This document shows, in pieces, positions 14,881-23,970 of a DNA stretch of 64,000 bases. The stretch lies in IMG/VR virus record IMGVR_UViG_3300046492_000237, positions 1 through 64,000 of that record; one strand, given 5' to 3'. The first letter of the stretch is position 1. Each line of letters begins with the position of its first letter. The notes under the pieces are model-generated. The model ran no database searches and had not been told where the DNA came from. It saw only the letters and a list, made by a program, of their open reading frames with translations. A program made the translations under genes and the position numbers. Source of the stretch: a virus.

Positions 14881-16520
14881 TGACCGACAATGCCATCCAA
14901 ACCGCGCACAACCCGTCTGCTCCGAAAGATGAGCAGCAGGACGCCATGCGCGAAGCACAAAAGAACGCGATCCCGAGCAGCGTCGAAGACATGATGCCGC
15001 TGATCAAATTCATGTCCCAGCAATATGAGGATCAGGAGTTCGCGAAGGCTCTGACAAAGCCCAACGTGATCCCGTATCCGAGCATGGCGGCCGCCAAGGG
15101 CGAATCCGGCATGCAGTCCGTATATCTGGACGAGCGCCGGGTTGAAATGCTTGGCGAATATTACGAGCGCCCGGGCGCCTTCGGCTTCGACATGATGCGA
15201 GCAATGGTCGACCAGACGCCGATCCTGTCAGCGGTGATCATGACCCGCGAGCGGCAGATCCGTCGGTTCTGTCGTGTGCAGGAAACCGGGAAAGGCCCCG
15301 GCTTCGCGATTCGGCACAAGGATCAGAGCATCAAGATGGGCAAGACCGAGCAGAGCACCATCACTCTGCTCGAAAGCTTTTTCACGAACTGCGGCTGGGA
15401 GTCGAAGCCGCGCCAGCGCATGCGCCTGCGCCGCGACAACTTTTCCGGGTTCATGTCGAAGCTGGTGCGGGACACGCTGACCATGGACAGCGCCGCGATC
15501 GAGACTGAGTGGAAGCGTGACAAGGCCAAAGGCCTCGATGGCATGTACGCGGTCGACGGCGCCACCATCCGCCTCTGCACCGAATCAGGCTACCGTGGCG
15601 ATGATGAGCTGTTCGCGCTGCAGGTGGTTCAGGGCAACATTCGCGCGGCTTACACCTATGACGATTTGATCTACGTCCCGCGCAACCCGCGCACCGACGT
15701 GATGGTCGGCGGTTACGGCATGTCCGAGGTCGAGCTGCTGATCAAAGTGGTCACCGGCTTCCTCAACGCCATGACCTACAACCTCAAGTTCTTCGATTCG
15801 AACACCATCCCGAAAGGGATTTTGCACATGGCCGGCGACTACAGCGCCGAGGACCTGAACAGCTTCAAGCGCTACTGGAACGCCATGACCAAGGGCGTGG
15901 CCAACGCGTGGACCATGCCGGTGATGATCGCCAAGAATGGCGAGTCGAAAGCGTCGTTTGAGAAATTCGATGTCGATGTCGACGAACTGATGTTCGGCAA
16001 GTGGATGACCTTCCTCACGTCGATCATCTGCGCGATCTACGGCATGGCTCCGGATGAAATCAACTTTGAGAGCTTCACCACGGGCACCAGCTCGCTGAGC
16101 GGTAGCGACACCGAGGAAAAGTTGATCAACTCCAAGGACAAGGGGTTGCGGCCGCTGCTGTCCTACTTCGAGGACCTGTTTTCCGATTACGTCGTGTCTG
16201 AGTTCAACGAGAACTATGTGTTCCGCTGGACCGGTCTGGACGAGATGGATTCCAAACAGGCTTGGACTGAGGAAAACGCGATCAGCACTTGGGGTGAAGC
16301 CCGCAAGGCTCGCGGTCAGGATGAGATCGCAGACGACGTGCTCAACAACGCGCCGCTCAACCCGAACCTCATGGGCATCTATATGCAGACCGTGATGGGC
16401 GGCGGTGATGATGATTCCCAGCCAGCCGGCGGTGCGCCAGCCAAGCCAAAAAAGGCACCGAAAAGCGATAGCGAGCTGCAAAAGGCCTTTGGCCTGCCGC
16501 AGTTCAGGGTGGATCCGTAA
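14880..16520 (+). CDS. Portal protein
   Basis: ~546 aa with portal motifs VDGATIR, YGMSEVE, NLKFF...IPKGIL, ICAIYGMAPDEI, GLRPLL; first gene of the head module. Confidence 0.9.
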   Translation: MTDNAIQTAHNPSAPKDEQQDAMREAQKNAIPSSVEDMMPLIKFMSQQYEDQEFAKALTKPNVIPYPSMAAAKGESGMQSVYLDERRVEMLGEYYERPGAFGFDMMRAMVDQTPILSAVIMTRERQIRRFCRVQETGKGPGFAIRHKDQSIKMGKTEQSTITLLESFFTNCGWESKPRQRMRLRRDNFSGFMSKLVRDTLTMDSAAIETEWKRDKAKGLDGMYAVDGATIRLCTESGYRGDDELFALQVVQGNIRAAYTYDDLIYVPRNPRTDVMVGGYGMSEVELLIKVVTGFLNAMTYNLKFFDSNTIPKGILHMAGDYSAEDLNSFKRYWNAMTKGVANAWTMPVMIAKNGESKASFEKFDVDVDELMFGKWMTFLTSIICAIYGMAPDEINFESFTTGTSSLSGSDTEEKLINSKDKGLRPLLSYFEDLFSDYVVSEFNENYVFRWTGLDEMDSKQAWTEENAISTWGEARKARGQDEIADDVLNNAPLNPNLMGIYMQTVMGGGDDDSQPAGGAPAKPKKAPKSDSELQKAFGLPQFRVDP

Positions 16521-16529
16521 CAGAGGATC

Positions 16530-16552
16530 GTCGTGACGCAATGATCAACGCA
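16530..16552 (+). promoter_or_regulatory. Late promoter; predicted +1 at A16552
   Basis: GTCGTGAC-gcaAtgaT-caacgc-A. Confidence 0.7.
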
Positions 16553-16800
16553 TTGAGCCCAAGCATCCCCTAAGTCTGAGGGGGCCGGGAGGGGTTAAGC
16601 TCCCGGGTACTATTCACCTTGCATCGCTCAAGGTTTTGAGTCGGCAACGACCCATGCAGACAAAGCGGAGAAGCGCAACCCCCCTGTAGACTTGGTTATC
16701 CCTCCTCGCCAAGTCTATAAGTCGCCAAGGGCGGGAGTCCGATGCTGTCGGTCGGTGGATGTCCAGACGCTCCGCTGGCGCCACCGACTGGGGCGACCCT
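16552..16800 (+). ncRNA. Candidate highly structured ncRNA or long leader between the portal and MuF genes
   Basis: At least six hairpins directly after the predicted +1; no credible ORF in the interval. Confidence 0.5.
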
Positions 16801-16822
16801 TCACTCTCCAAAGGATGCGCTT

Positions 16823-17965
16823 GTGGCTTTTCTCCTCGACCTCACACCTATCAGCCGGCAGACAACCAACGCCGCGCTCGAATTCATTTACAAGGCAGTC
16901 CACGATGGTGAAGACGGCATCTGGAGTCCGCATGAGTCCGTGCTGATCCGCAGACTTGTCGAGCTGTTCTCCGAACGCGGCCTCGATCGTCTTGAACACG
17001 TCAAGCAGCAGATCATCGCATGGGAAAATGGCGACCACTTCAAACCCGGCGCGCCTCAGCCTGTTGCCGTCCCGGGCATGATGGGGCGCTGGTCTGACGC
17101 CGAGCTGAAACTGGTCCGCGTCTACCTCGAATCGCTCCCGCCGAGCAGCTGGTCGCTGGATGACCACATGATGGCCGTCGATTACGTGGTTCAGCGCTAC
17201 CTTCCTGCCGATGAGTTGCGCACCGAAGCGGAGTGGATGGCCACCCGCGCAAACCTCATGGGCAAGGTGCAAGCCAATCTCGATCAGCCGGCCACGGTCA
17301 CGCAGGCGGACAAGGTTCTGGCCGCGCTGCCATCGACCATGGCTGCCGCAGTTCAACAGTTCAACATCAATCAGCAGCAGCTGAAAACCATGGCGTTCGG
17401 TAATGCCCGGGCCGCCGAGAACGTGCGCGCGCTGGCCGACGATGTCAGGCACCGGATGCGCAACGCGGTGATGCAGCACCTTGAGGAGGAGTTTACCGGC
17501 GGCACCAGCGAATCGCTGCAGACCAAACTGTTCGACCAGTTCGCCACGTTGAACCGTGACTGGCGCCGGATTGCCGTCACTGAGGCGGGCGAGACCATGA
17601 ATCAGGGTTTCATCGCCAACCTTGCTCCCGGCACAAAGGTTCAGCGCATCGAGCAGTACGCCAGTGCGTGCGCGTTCTGCCGCAAGATCCACAAGCGTAT
17701 TGCCACAGTGGTATCCCCGGACAAGCCAGACAAGGATGGCGAAACAGAGATCTGGGTCGGCAAAAACAACATTGGCCGATCGGCATCCCCGCGCAAGCGT
17801 GTGGGTGACACGTTGGTCAATCGCACGCCAGATGAAATGTACTGGTTACCCGCCGGGCTTGCGCATCCGCACTGTCGCGGGCGCTGGGTGCTGGTGATTC
17901 AGGACCTGCCCGGTGATGATCCGGAGTTCGGCGACTGGTTGCGTAAGACGCTCGGCGGCGAATAG
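16823..17965 (+). CDS. Head morphogenesis protein (MuF / SPP1 gp7-like)
   Basis: RDWRRIAVTE, CAFC and HPHCRGRW; GTG start after AAGGA. Confidence 0.8.
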   Translation: MAFLLDLTPISRQTTNAALEFIYKAVHDGEDGIWSPHESVLIRRLVELFSERGLDRLEHVKQQIIAWENGDHFKPGAPQPVAVPGMMGRWSDAELKLVRVYLESLPPSSWSLDDHMMAVDYVVQRYLPADELRTEAEWMATRANLMGKVQANLDQPATVTQADKVLAALPSTMAAAVQQFNINQQQLKTMAFGNARAAENVRALADDVRHRMRNAVMQHLEEEFTGGTSESLQTKLFDQFATLNRDWRRIAVTEAGETMNQGFIANLAPGTKVQRIEQYASACAFCRKIHKRIATVVSPDKPDKDGETEIWVGKNNIGRSASPRKRVGDTLVNRTPDEMYWLPAGLAHPHCRGRWVLVIQDLPGDDPEFGDWLRKTLGGE

Positions 17966-18002
17966 CTGCTATATTTGAGCAATCACCCAACGAGTACCTG
18001 CC

Positions 18003-18197
18003 ATGAAAACGCTATTTGCCCTCATGATCGCTTTGCTGCCACTGGCCGCGATCGCTGATTCAAGCACCTGCTACAGCATCACCGATGCGGATGCGCGCCT
18101 GTATTGTCTGGCCAAGTCAAGAAGCGAGCCGAGCACCTGCTACTCGATCGTCAAGCCGGATCTGCGCGCCATGTGCCTTGCGGAAGCCAGCAAATAG
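18003..18197 (+). CDS. Small exported Cys-repeat protein (moron-like)
   Basis: Signal peptide followed by two STCYSI-x8-CLA repeats. Confidence 0.7.
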   Translation: MKTLFALMIALLPLAAIADSSTCYSITDADARLYCLAKSRSEPSTCYSIVKPDLRAMCLAEASK

Positions 18198-18257
18198 ACG
18201 GTACGATGACCGCCGGCCCTGATGGAGGTCGCAGCCACACGGCAACCATCACTGACT

Positions 18258-18280
18258 AAGCCGCCTACAGGCGGTTTTTT
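18258..18280 (+). terminator. Rho-independent terminator
   Basis: AAGCCGCC-TACA-GGCGGTTTTTT. Confidence 0.8.
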
Positions 18281-18306
18281 CATGCCTGCGATTCGCCACG
18301 CAAACT

Positions 18307-18329
18307 GTCGTGACGACACCATTGAGGCA
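18307..18329 (+). promoter_or_regulatory. Late promoter; +1 is the protease ATG
   Basis: GTCGTGAC-gacAccaT-tgaggc-ATG. Confidence 0.75.
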
Positions 18330-19222
18330 TGACAGAAGCCCAGCATCAAAGTGCCAATCCAGAATATCTAAGCATCGGAACGATGCTGAAGGCTCGCCCC
18401 TCCGAGGAGAAAGGCGAGCGCTTCATCTATCTGGAAGCCAGCCGCGAAGGCGCCGACCAGCAGAACGATATCGTCCTCGCGAAAGCGCTGGAGGATTCTG
18501 CGCCCCATTTCCTCAAGTTCGGAAACATCGATATCGACCACAAGTCGATGCCGTCGATCGCTGCCCAGTACGGCATCACCGAGCCTGAAGCGTGGGAGGT
18601 CGGCGTTCCCGAGGAGGTTCGCGTTGACGGCCCTTCGGTATTCGTCAAGGCTCGCCTGTTCAAGGGTGATACACCGCTCGCGGCCAAGGCCAACATGGTC
18701 TGGGAAAGCATGACTCAGCTGAGTCCAGCCGCTCGCTGGTATGCATCCGTGGGTGGCGCAACTTTGGCTCGCCGCGATGGCGTTGATCACCTGACCAAAT
18801 CAAAAGTCAGCTATGTGACCAAGGTTCGCTGGAGCAACTTGGCTATCAGCCGCCAGCCAGTCAACCAGCACGTTTCTGCTGCCAGCACCATTCCCTTTGG
18901 GATCCTCGCCAAGTGCTGGACGCCGGCTGGCTTCGACATGGCGAAAGCTTTGGAAGCCAGCTACGCCACCGACGTCTCCCAGCTTTCGGGTGGCGGCGCA
19001 CTCGGCATGCAGTCGATCGATGCCGGACCTTCCTATTTTCAGTTCCGCGATCAGCTTTCTGAGTCGCTACTGGAAGGTCGTGACCACATCATTCAATCCG
19101 CACAAGGCTTGGCAGATTACGCCATGCACAAATTCGGTCTGTCTCGCGTTGAGGCAGTTGAATGGGTAACCCGTTTCATGCGCGACATCAAAAACTCACT
19201 GACAAAACGAGGCTCGGAATGA
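18329..19222 (+). CDS. Prohead protease
   Basis: IYLEAS-x3-DQQND, GNIDIDH, WYASVGG and LAISRQPVNQ (HK97/herpes-type protease layout); lies between MuF and the capsid gene. Confidence 0.8.
   Translation: MTEAQHQSANPEYLSIGTMLKARPSEEKGERFIYLEASREGADQQNDIVLAKALEDSAPHFLKFGNIDIDHKSMPSIAAQYGITEPEAWEVGVPEEVRVDGPSVFVKARLFKGDTPLAAKANMVWESMTQLSPAARWYASVGGATLARRDGVDHLTKSKVSYVTKVRWSNLAISRQPVNQHVSAASTIPFGILAKCWTPAGFDMAKALEASYATDVSQLSGGGALGMQSIDAGPSYFQFRDQLSESLLEGRDHIIQSAQGLADYAMHKFGLSRVEAVEWVTRFMRDIKNSLTKRGSE
19077..19099 (+). promoter_or_regulatory. Internal late promoter within the protease gene, positioned to drive scaffold and capsid
   Basis: GTCGTGAC-cacAtcaT is a full motif match. Confidence 0.6.
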
Positions 19223-19866
19223 GCGAAAAATTTCAAGCACTGCTCGCCGAGCTGGATCAGGCGGGCGCTGACACTCAAGAGCAACTGGCTAAATCGCTGC
19301 CTGCTGCTGTTGAGCCACAAACCCCTGCTGCGGCAACTCCTACTGCTGCCCCCGCGCCAGCTGCTGACCCGGTAAACCCGGAAGATGCCAACGGCGGCGT
19401 TCTGGCCAAGGCCCTCGGCGAAGTAAATGCTCTGGCGCAAGGCGCTCAAGCGGCTACCGGCGACGATCCTGTTGTTATCGATGGCGAAGAAATCTTCAAG
19501 TCGCTGGAAGCCCTTGGCGGCCGCCAGACCGGTGTTGAAGAAGTGCTGACCAAATCCGTGACCTCTCTTCTGGGTCTGGTCAAAGGTCAGAACGCGCTGA
19601 TCAAGTCCCTGTCCGACCGCCTCGATGTCCTCGGTGGCACCGGCGCCGGTCGCCGCACCGTGATTCAGGTTCAAGAGCGCCCGGACGTCGGCGGTGTGCT
19701 GGCCAAGGCTCAGCCTGAAGGCATGAGCGCACCGGAAATTCTGGCAAAAGCTAACACCGCGTTCGATGCCAAGAAAATCACCGGTCTTGAACTCACCGCG
19801 CTGGACGTGAGTCTGCGCAACGGTCAGGTGCCATCGACCGAAACCCTGAACAAAATTCTTTCCTAA
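19219..19866 (+). CDS. Probable scaffolding/head assembly protein
   Basis: Position between protease and capsid; Ala/Pro-rich linker; seven hydrophobic-x-K(S/A) repeats. Confidence 0.7.
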   Translation: MSEKFQALLAELDQAGADTQEQLAKSLPAAVEPQTPAAATPTAAPAPAADPVNPEDANGGVLAKALGEVNALAQGAQAATGDDPVVIDGEEIFKSLEALGGRQTGVEEVLTKSVTSLLGLVKGQNALIKSLSDRLDVLGGTGAGRRTVIQVQERPDVGGVLAKAQPEGMSAPEILAKANTAFDAKKITGLELTALDVSLRNGQVPSTETLNKILS

Positions 19867-19919
19867 CCCGCCGGGTAAGGCAAGCACGACAGCAACAACC
19901 ATCACTTTGAGGTTTATCG

Positions 19920-21422
19920 ATGGACATCAACCAACTCGCTGCACAATTCGGCGCTGCCGCTCCCGGCGGGGCTCCCATTCTGGGCGGTTCTCAGGGCGGC
20001 GCACCGGCGCAGGACCTGATCAAGGCTCTGGAAGCCAGTAATTACCAGACCGACGTTTCCACCCTCACCGGTGGTGGTGCTCTGGGCGTTCAATCGCTGG
20101 ATACGGCGATGAAGACCACCGTGCAGGAGAACGAACACTTCACCCTGTTCAACCGCCTGCAATCCACCAGCGCGACCAACATCGTTGACGAATACGTTCG
20201 TCAGAACAGTGTCGGTGGCTTCCTCGGTGGCTCGACCAACTCCCAAATGGGCGTGGTTCGCTCGGCTCAGGGCGAGTACACCCGCGAAGTCGGTCTGGTC
20301 AAGTTCCTGATGACCCTGCGTCAAGTCGGCTACGTGCTGAACATCGGTAAGAACATCACCGATGCCACCGCAGTCGAAGAACGCAACGGCGCCATGCAGC
20401 TGCTGACCGACGCCGAGTACCTGCTGTTCCACGGCAACGCCGATGCGTGCCCGACCCAGTTTGACGGTATCTTTGCCCAGCTGGACAAAGAAATTGCCGC
20501 CGGCCAGATGTCTGGCGACAACGTGATCGACCTGCAGGGCAAGAAGCTCGACAGCGTCGAAGCGTTCTCCAAGATCAACGTTGCGGTCAGCCGTTACGGT
20601 TCGTGGGGTCGCAGCACCGACGTTTACATGCCGAACAGCGTGCAAAACGACCTGAACACCGGTTTGGACCCAGCGTATCGCTGGACCCCGGGCGGCGGTA
20701 ACACTCCGGTTCTTGGTGGCCACGTTGAAGGCATCCGCCTGACCAACGGCGTACTGAAGACCAACATGGACACCTTCATCCACGATGAAGAAAACCCGAT
20801 GGTCTACCCGTTCGAGGTGTACAACGCCGCGATCGCTACCGCCAACGCTGCGTTCAAGCCAGCCGGCGTGACCGTCGATGCCTCGGCTAACGCCACCGAC
20901 TCGCAGTTCACTTCGGCCCGCGCCGGTAACTACTACTGGGCTGTTGCCGCTGTTGGCGGCCAAGGTCAGGGCCTGACGGCGGTTGTACTGACCGGGCAGA
21001 CCGCTGTGGCTGCTGGTAAAAGCGCTGTGCTGACCATCACCAAGTCGGCAGCCGGCACCGAAACTGGTTACGCGATTTATCGCAGCCGCCAGAACGGCAC
21101 CAACGCTGTAAACGATCTGCGTCTGGTCAAGACCATCAAGAAGACTGGTGACACCACCACCTTCACCGACGTCAACCGCGATATCCCGGGCACGGTCTCG
21201 GTCCCGCTGTTGAACATGGGTCCAAGCGCGGACGCTATCGGCTGGCGTCAATTCCAGCCGATGACCAAGATCCCGCTGCCGTTCGGTATCGGTGGCATGC
21301 CTGTCATCAGCTGGTTCCAGTTCCTGTTCGGTTACCTGCGTATGACCAAGCCGAAGCATCACGGCTACATCAAGAACATCCTGCCGAGCAACGCCAAATG
21401 GCGTCCGCACGTAGGCGAGTAA
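19920..21422 (+). CDS. Major capsid protein
   Basis: 500 aa, strongly biased codon usage, GGGALGVQSLD N-arm, EYLLFHGNAD...QFDGI. Confidence 0.9.
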   Translation: MDINQLAAQFGAAAPGGAPILGGSQGGAPAQDLIKALEASNYQTDVSTLTGGGALGVQSLDTAMKTTVQENEHFTLFNRLQSTSATNIVDEYVRQNSVGGFLGGSTNSQMGVVRSAQGEYTREVGLVKFLMTLRQVGYVLNIGKNITDATAVEERNGAMQLLTDAEYLLFHGNADACPTQFDGIFAQLDKEIAAGQMSGDNVIDLQGKKLDSVEAFSKINVAVSRYGSWGRSTDVYMPNSVQNDLNTGLDPAYRWTPGGGNTPVLGGHVEGIRLTNGVLKTNMDTFIHDEENPMVYPFEVYNAAIATANAAFKPAGVTVDASANATDSQFTSARAGNYYWAVAAVGGQGQGLTAVVLTGQTAVAAGKSAVLTITKSAAGTETGYAIYRSRQNGTNAVNDLRLVKTIKKTGDTTTFTDVNRDIPGTVSVPLLNMGPSADAIGWRQFQPMTKIPLPFGIGGMPVISWFQFLFGYLRMTKPKHHGYIKNILPSNAKWRPHVGE

Positions 21423-21481
21423 CCCCTTGAAGTAGCACCCCGGGCGTCCTAGTGGCGCCCGACTTTTATCAGGAGAACGCA

Positions 21482-21976
21482 ATGTCCCGAGTCATTTGTG
21501 ATTTGCCGAACGCATCGCTTGAGATCAGCGGTGTACGTTTCCAAAAGCTGGAAGATGGCCGTTTCATCTCTGACGAAATTGGCGATGAAGTTACCGCCAT
21601 TTTCCTCTCCATCCCGGGCTACGAGCTGGACGAGGATGAATCCGAATCGGATCTGCCGCCTGCTCCGCCGGAACAAAAACCACTGACCAAAACGCAGATC
21701 GCCAAAGTGGCCAAGGCTACCGGTGGCGCCAAGGGCAAAACCGCTAGCGCTGCGCCTGCCGCTCAGGTTGAACCGGTAGCTCCAGTGGTCGAGACCAAGA
21801 CCACGGATGACACCATCGTCCCGGGCGCTGACAACAACGCTGCAAACGTTGAACCGGAAAATGGCGGCGAGCAGACCACCGTTACCGGCGCCGAAACTGA
21901 TGCAACCGCTCCTGTGGTTGTTGAAGGCGGCGAAACACCTGTAAACACCGAAGACAAGCCTGCCGACGTCTTCTAA
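21482..21976 (+). CDS. Hypothetical virion-associated protein with a low-complexity acidic tail
   Basis: AGGAG RBS; follows the capsid gene. Confidence 0.7.
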   Translation: MSRVICDLPNASLEISGVRFQKLEDGRFISDEIGDEVTAIFLSIPGYELDEDESESDLPPAPPEQKPLTKTQIAKVAKATGGAKGKTASAAPAAQVEPVAPVVETKTTDDTIVPGADNNAANVEPENGGEQTTVTGAETDATAPVVVEGGETPVNTEDKPADVF

Positions 21977-21991
21977 TCACCGAGGTGCCAT

Positions 21992-22237
21992 ATGGCGACC
22001 CCTGCGCAACTTGAAACAATCCGCAAGCTCCTCAACAAGCTGTCGCTCGCAACGCAGAAGGCAGGGCTCGGCGATATCCTCGTCTCTGCCGCTACTCCTG
22101 CTTCTTTGCTGTCGGCAGGTATCGTCAAGCAGATGCCATTGATCACTAACGCCAACGTCGACAACTCCGACGCAGGCGCCAAGTTCAACGCTCTGGTTGC
22201 CGCCCTGAAAGCATCCGGCCAAATGGCGAGCGCATAA
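21992..22237 (+). CDS. Small head fibre/decoration-like protein
   Basis: C-terminal KFNALVAALKASG resembles head-fibre anchors; GAGGTG RBS. Confidence 0.55.
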   Translation: MATPAQLETIRKLLNKLSLATQKAGLGDILVSAATPASLLSAGIVKQMPLITNANVDNSDAGAKFNALVAALKASGQMASA

Positions 22238-22240
22238 ACC

Positions 22241-23338
22241 ATGACCACGATCATTGCCGGTAGTCCGGCGCACTTCGCCGTAACAGTGCAGCGCGACGGG
22301 CAACCGGTAGCGATCACCGGGGCTCTCGAGGCCCGGGTCTTTTCCATGGATGGAAAGGATGAGCTGATCGGCGCCACGGCAGTTGATTCAGCTGCCGCTG
22401 GCGCTGACTGGCCATCTGGTGTAGTTGTTGTCGACTTCACCAATATCGAAACCGCCGTGCTTGCTCCGGGCGATGCCATGCTGGTGCTGTCTGGCGATAT
22501 TGGCATCCGGCGCTTCAGCCTGACTGTAGAAACCCTGTTCGAGCCGACCAGAACCTCACTGTTCATCAAAGACATCGTTGTCGATGAACTCCGGAAAGAT
22601 CGGCTCATGGCAGCCGCGCAAGGCATCCTGCAGGACGTCGTTGTATCCGATGACTACCTGTGGCAAAAGATTCGCGCAGCCGAATCGGAGATCTCCCACA
22701 CCCTGCGTGTGCCGCTGGTCCCGACGCGTTATTTCCCGAACCCGCCAACCCAAGATGAGCTGGATGCACTGGAAGGCATGGCGTGGGAAATTGAAATCGG
22801 CAACGACTACACTCCGGACATGTTCGCGGGCGACAAGTGGGGTTTCATCGCCACGCGCCAGAAGCCAATCATCTCGATCGACCGGCTTCAGTTTTCCTAT
22901 CCGTCGCAGGGCGGCTCCTACTTCGATATCCCCATCCCGTGGGTGAACTTCGACGCGAAGTATGGGCATGTGCGAATTGTCCCGTCATCGAACGCGGTGC
23001 TGAATAGCGTCACCGGGTACGTCCTGACCAACATGGTAGGCGGCCGGCTGATCCCCTCGATGGTGCAGATGACCTACACCGCCGGCCTGACCAACGTATC
23101 TACCACATATCCCGAGCTGCTGGACGCCATCAAGAAGATGGCCGTGCTCAAGATCGTCGGCGATGCATTTTTTCCGAAGTCCGGTTCGATCAGTGGCGAC
23201 GGCTTGAGCGAGTCGATGTCGGTCGACATGTCCGATTATTACGACTCGATCGACGCCATCCTCAACGGGCCGAAAGGTTCTAACGGCGGGCTGATGTCGA
23301 AAATCCACGGTATCCGAGTCATGGTGATGGGCGGATGA
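22241..23338 (+). CDS. Head-tail adaptor (neck) protein
   Basis: Position; YTAGL...PELLDAIKKMA and SISGDGLSES motifs typical of adaptors. Confidence 0.65.
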   Translation: MTTIIAGSPAHFAVTVQRDGQPVAITGALEARVFSMDGKDELIGATAVDSAAAGADWPSGVVVVDFTNIETAVLAPGDAMLVLSGDIGIRRFSLTVETLFEPTRTSLFIKDIVVDELRKDRLMAAAQGILQDVVVSDDYLWQKIRAAESEISHTLRVPLVPTRYFPNPPTQDELDALEGMAWEIEIGNDYTPDMFAGDKWGFIATRQKPIISIDRLQFSYPSQGGSYFDIPIPWVNFDAKYGHVRIVPSSNAVLNSVTGYVLTNMVGGRLIPSMVQMTYTAGLTNVSTTYPELLDAIKKMAVLKIVGDAFFPKSGSISGDGLSESMSVDMSDYYDSIDAILNGPKGSNGGLMSKIHGIRVMVMGG

Positions 23339-23970
23339 AATTCAATCGCGGGCACTTCAACCGGTTCCTGAACAACATCGGCCAGCAGTTCATCTGGCAG
23401 CGATCCTATGCGTGCTCCTGCGTGACAGCTGCAGAAGGCGCGGCGGATCCGAAGTGCTCGCTTTGTTTGGGCAAGGCCTATTTCTGGACTAACCCGACAC
23501 CAGCATCGGCGGCATCGGCCGGGCAGAAGACGCAGAACGCGTGGGCGAAGATGGGCATGTGGCAAAATGGCGACATGGTGATGACGGTTCCGGAGAACTC
23601 TCCGCTGTGGGATGCCGGCCCGTTCGACCGGGTGACCATGCTCAACGCCACGGATCGATTCTCGCTGCCATTGAAGCGCGGCGCGCCGACCGAAAGAATC
23701 CTGTTCACCCCGAAAAAGGTTGAGCGCGTGTTCTGGAAGGATGCAGCTACCGGTGCCCTTGTCGAGGGTGGCATTCCGGTTTTTGACGCCAACGGTCGTC
23801 CTACGTGGACCACTGGCGAGCCGCCTCCGGGGATGAACTACTCGGTCAGCGGGACACGCTTGTCTGAATACTTCCTGTATATGGACTTCCCGCACAACCG
23901 CAACATGCACGACGGTATGCGCCTGCCGAAACTCACGGTGCTGCGCCGCTGGGATCTGCTGGGGCGCTAG
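23335..23970 (+). CDS. Neck/head-closure protein with CSC...CSLCLG
   Basis: Coupled to the adaptor; Zn-motif N-terminus. Confidence 0.6.
   Translation: MKFNRGHFNRFLNNIGQQFIWQRSYACSCVTAAEGAADPKCSLCLGKAYFWTNPTPASAASAGQKTQNAWAKMGMWQNGDMVMTVPENSPLWDAGPFDRVTMLNATDRFSLPLKRGAPTERILFTPKKVERVFWKDAATGALVEGGIPVFDANGRPTWTTGEPPPGMNYSVSGTRLSEYFLYMDFPHNRNMHDGMRLPKLTVLRRWDLLGR

Noticed and set aside
16742-16822. ORF-track N-terminal extension of the MuF gene
   Set aside because: Falls within the structured RNA; GTG 16823 has a better RBS (AAGGA).
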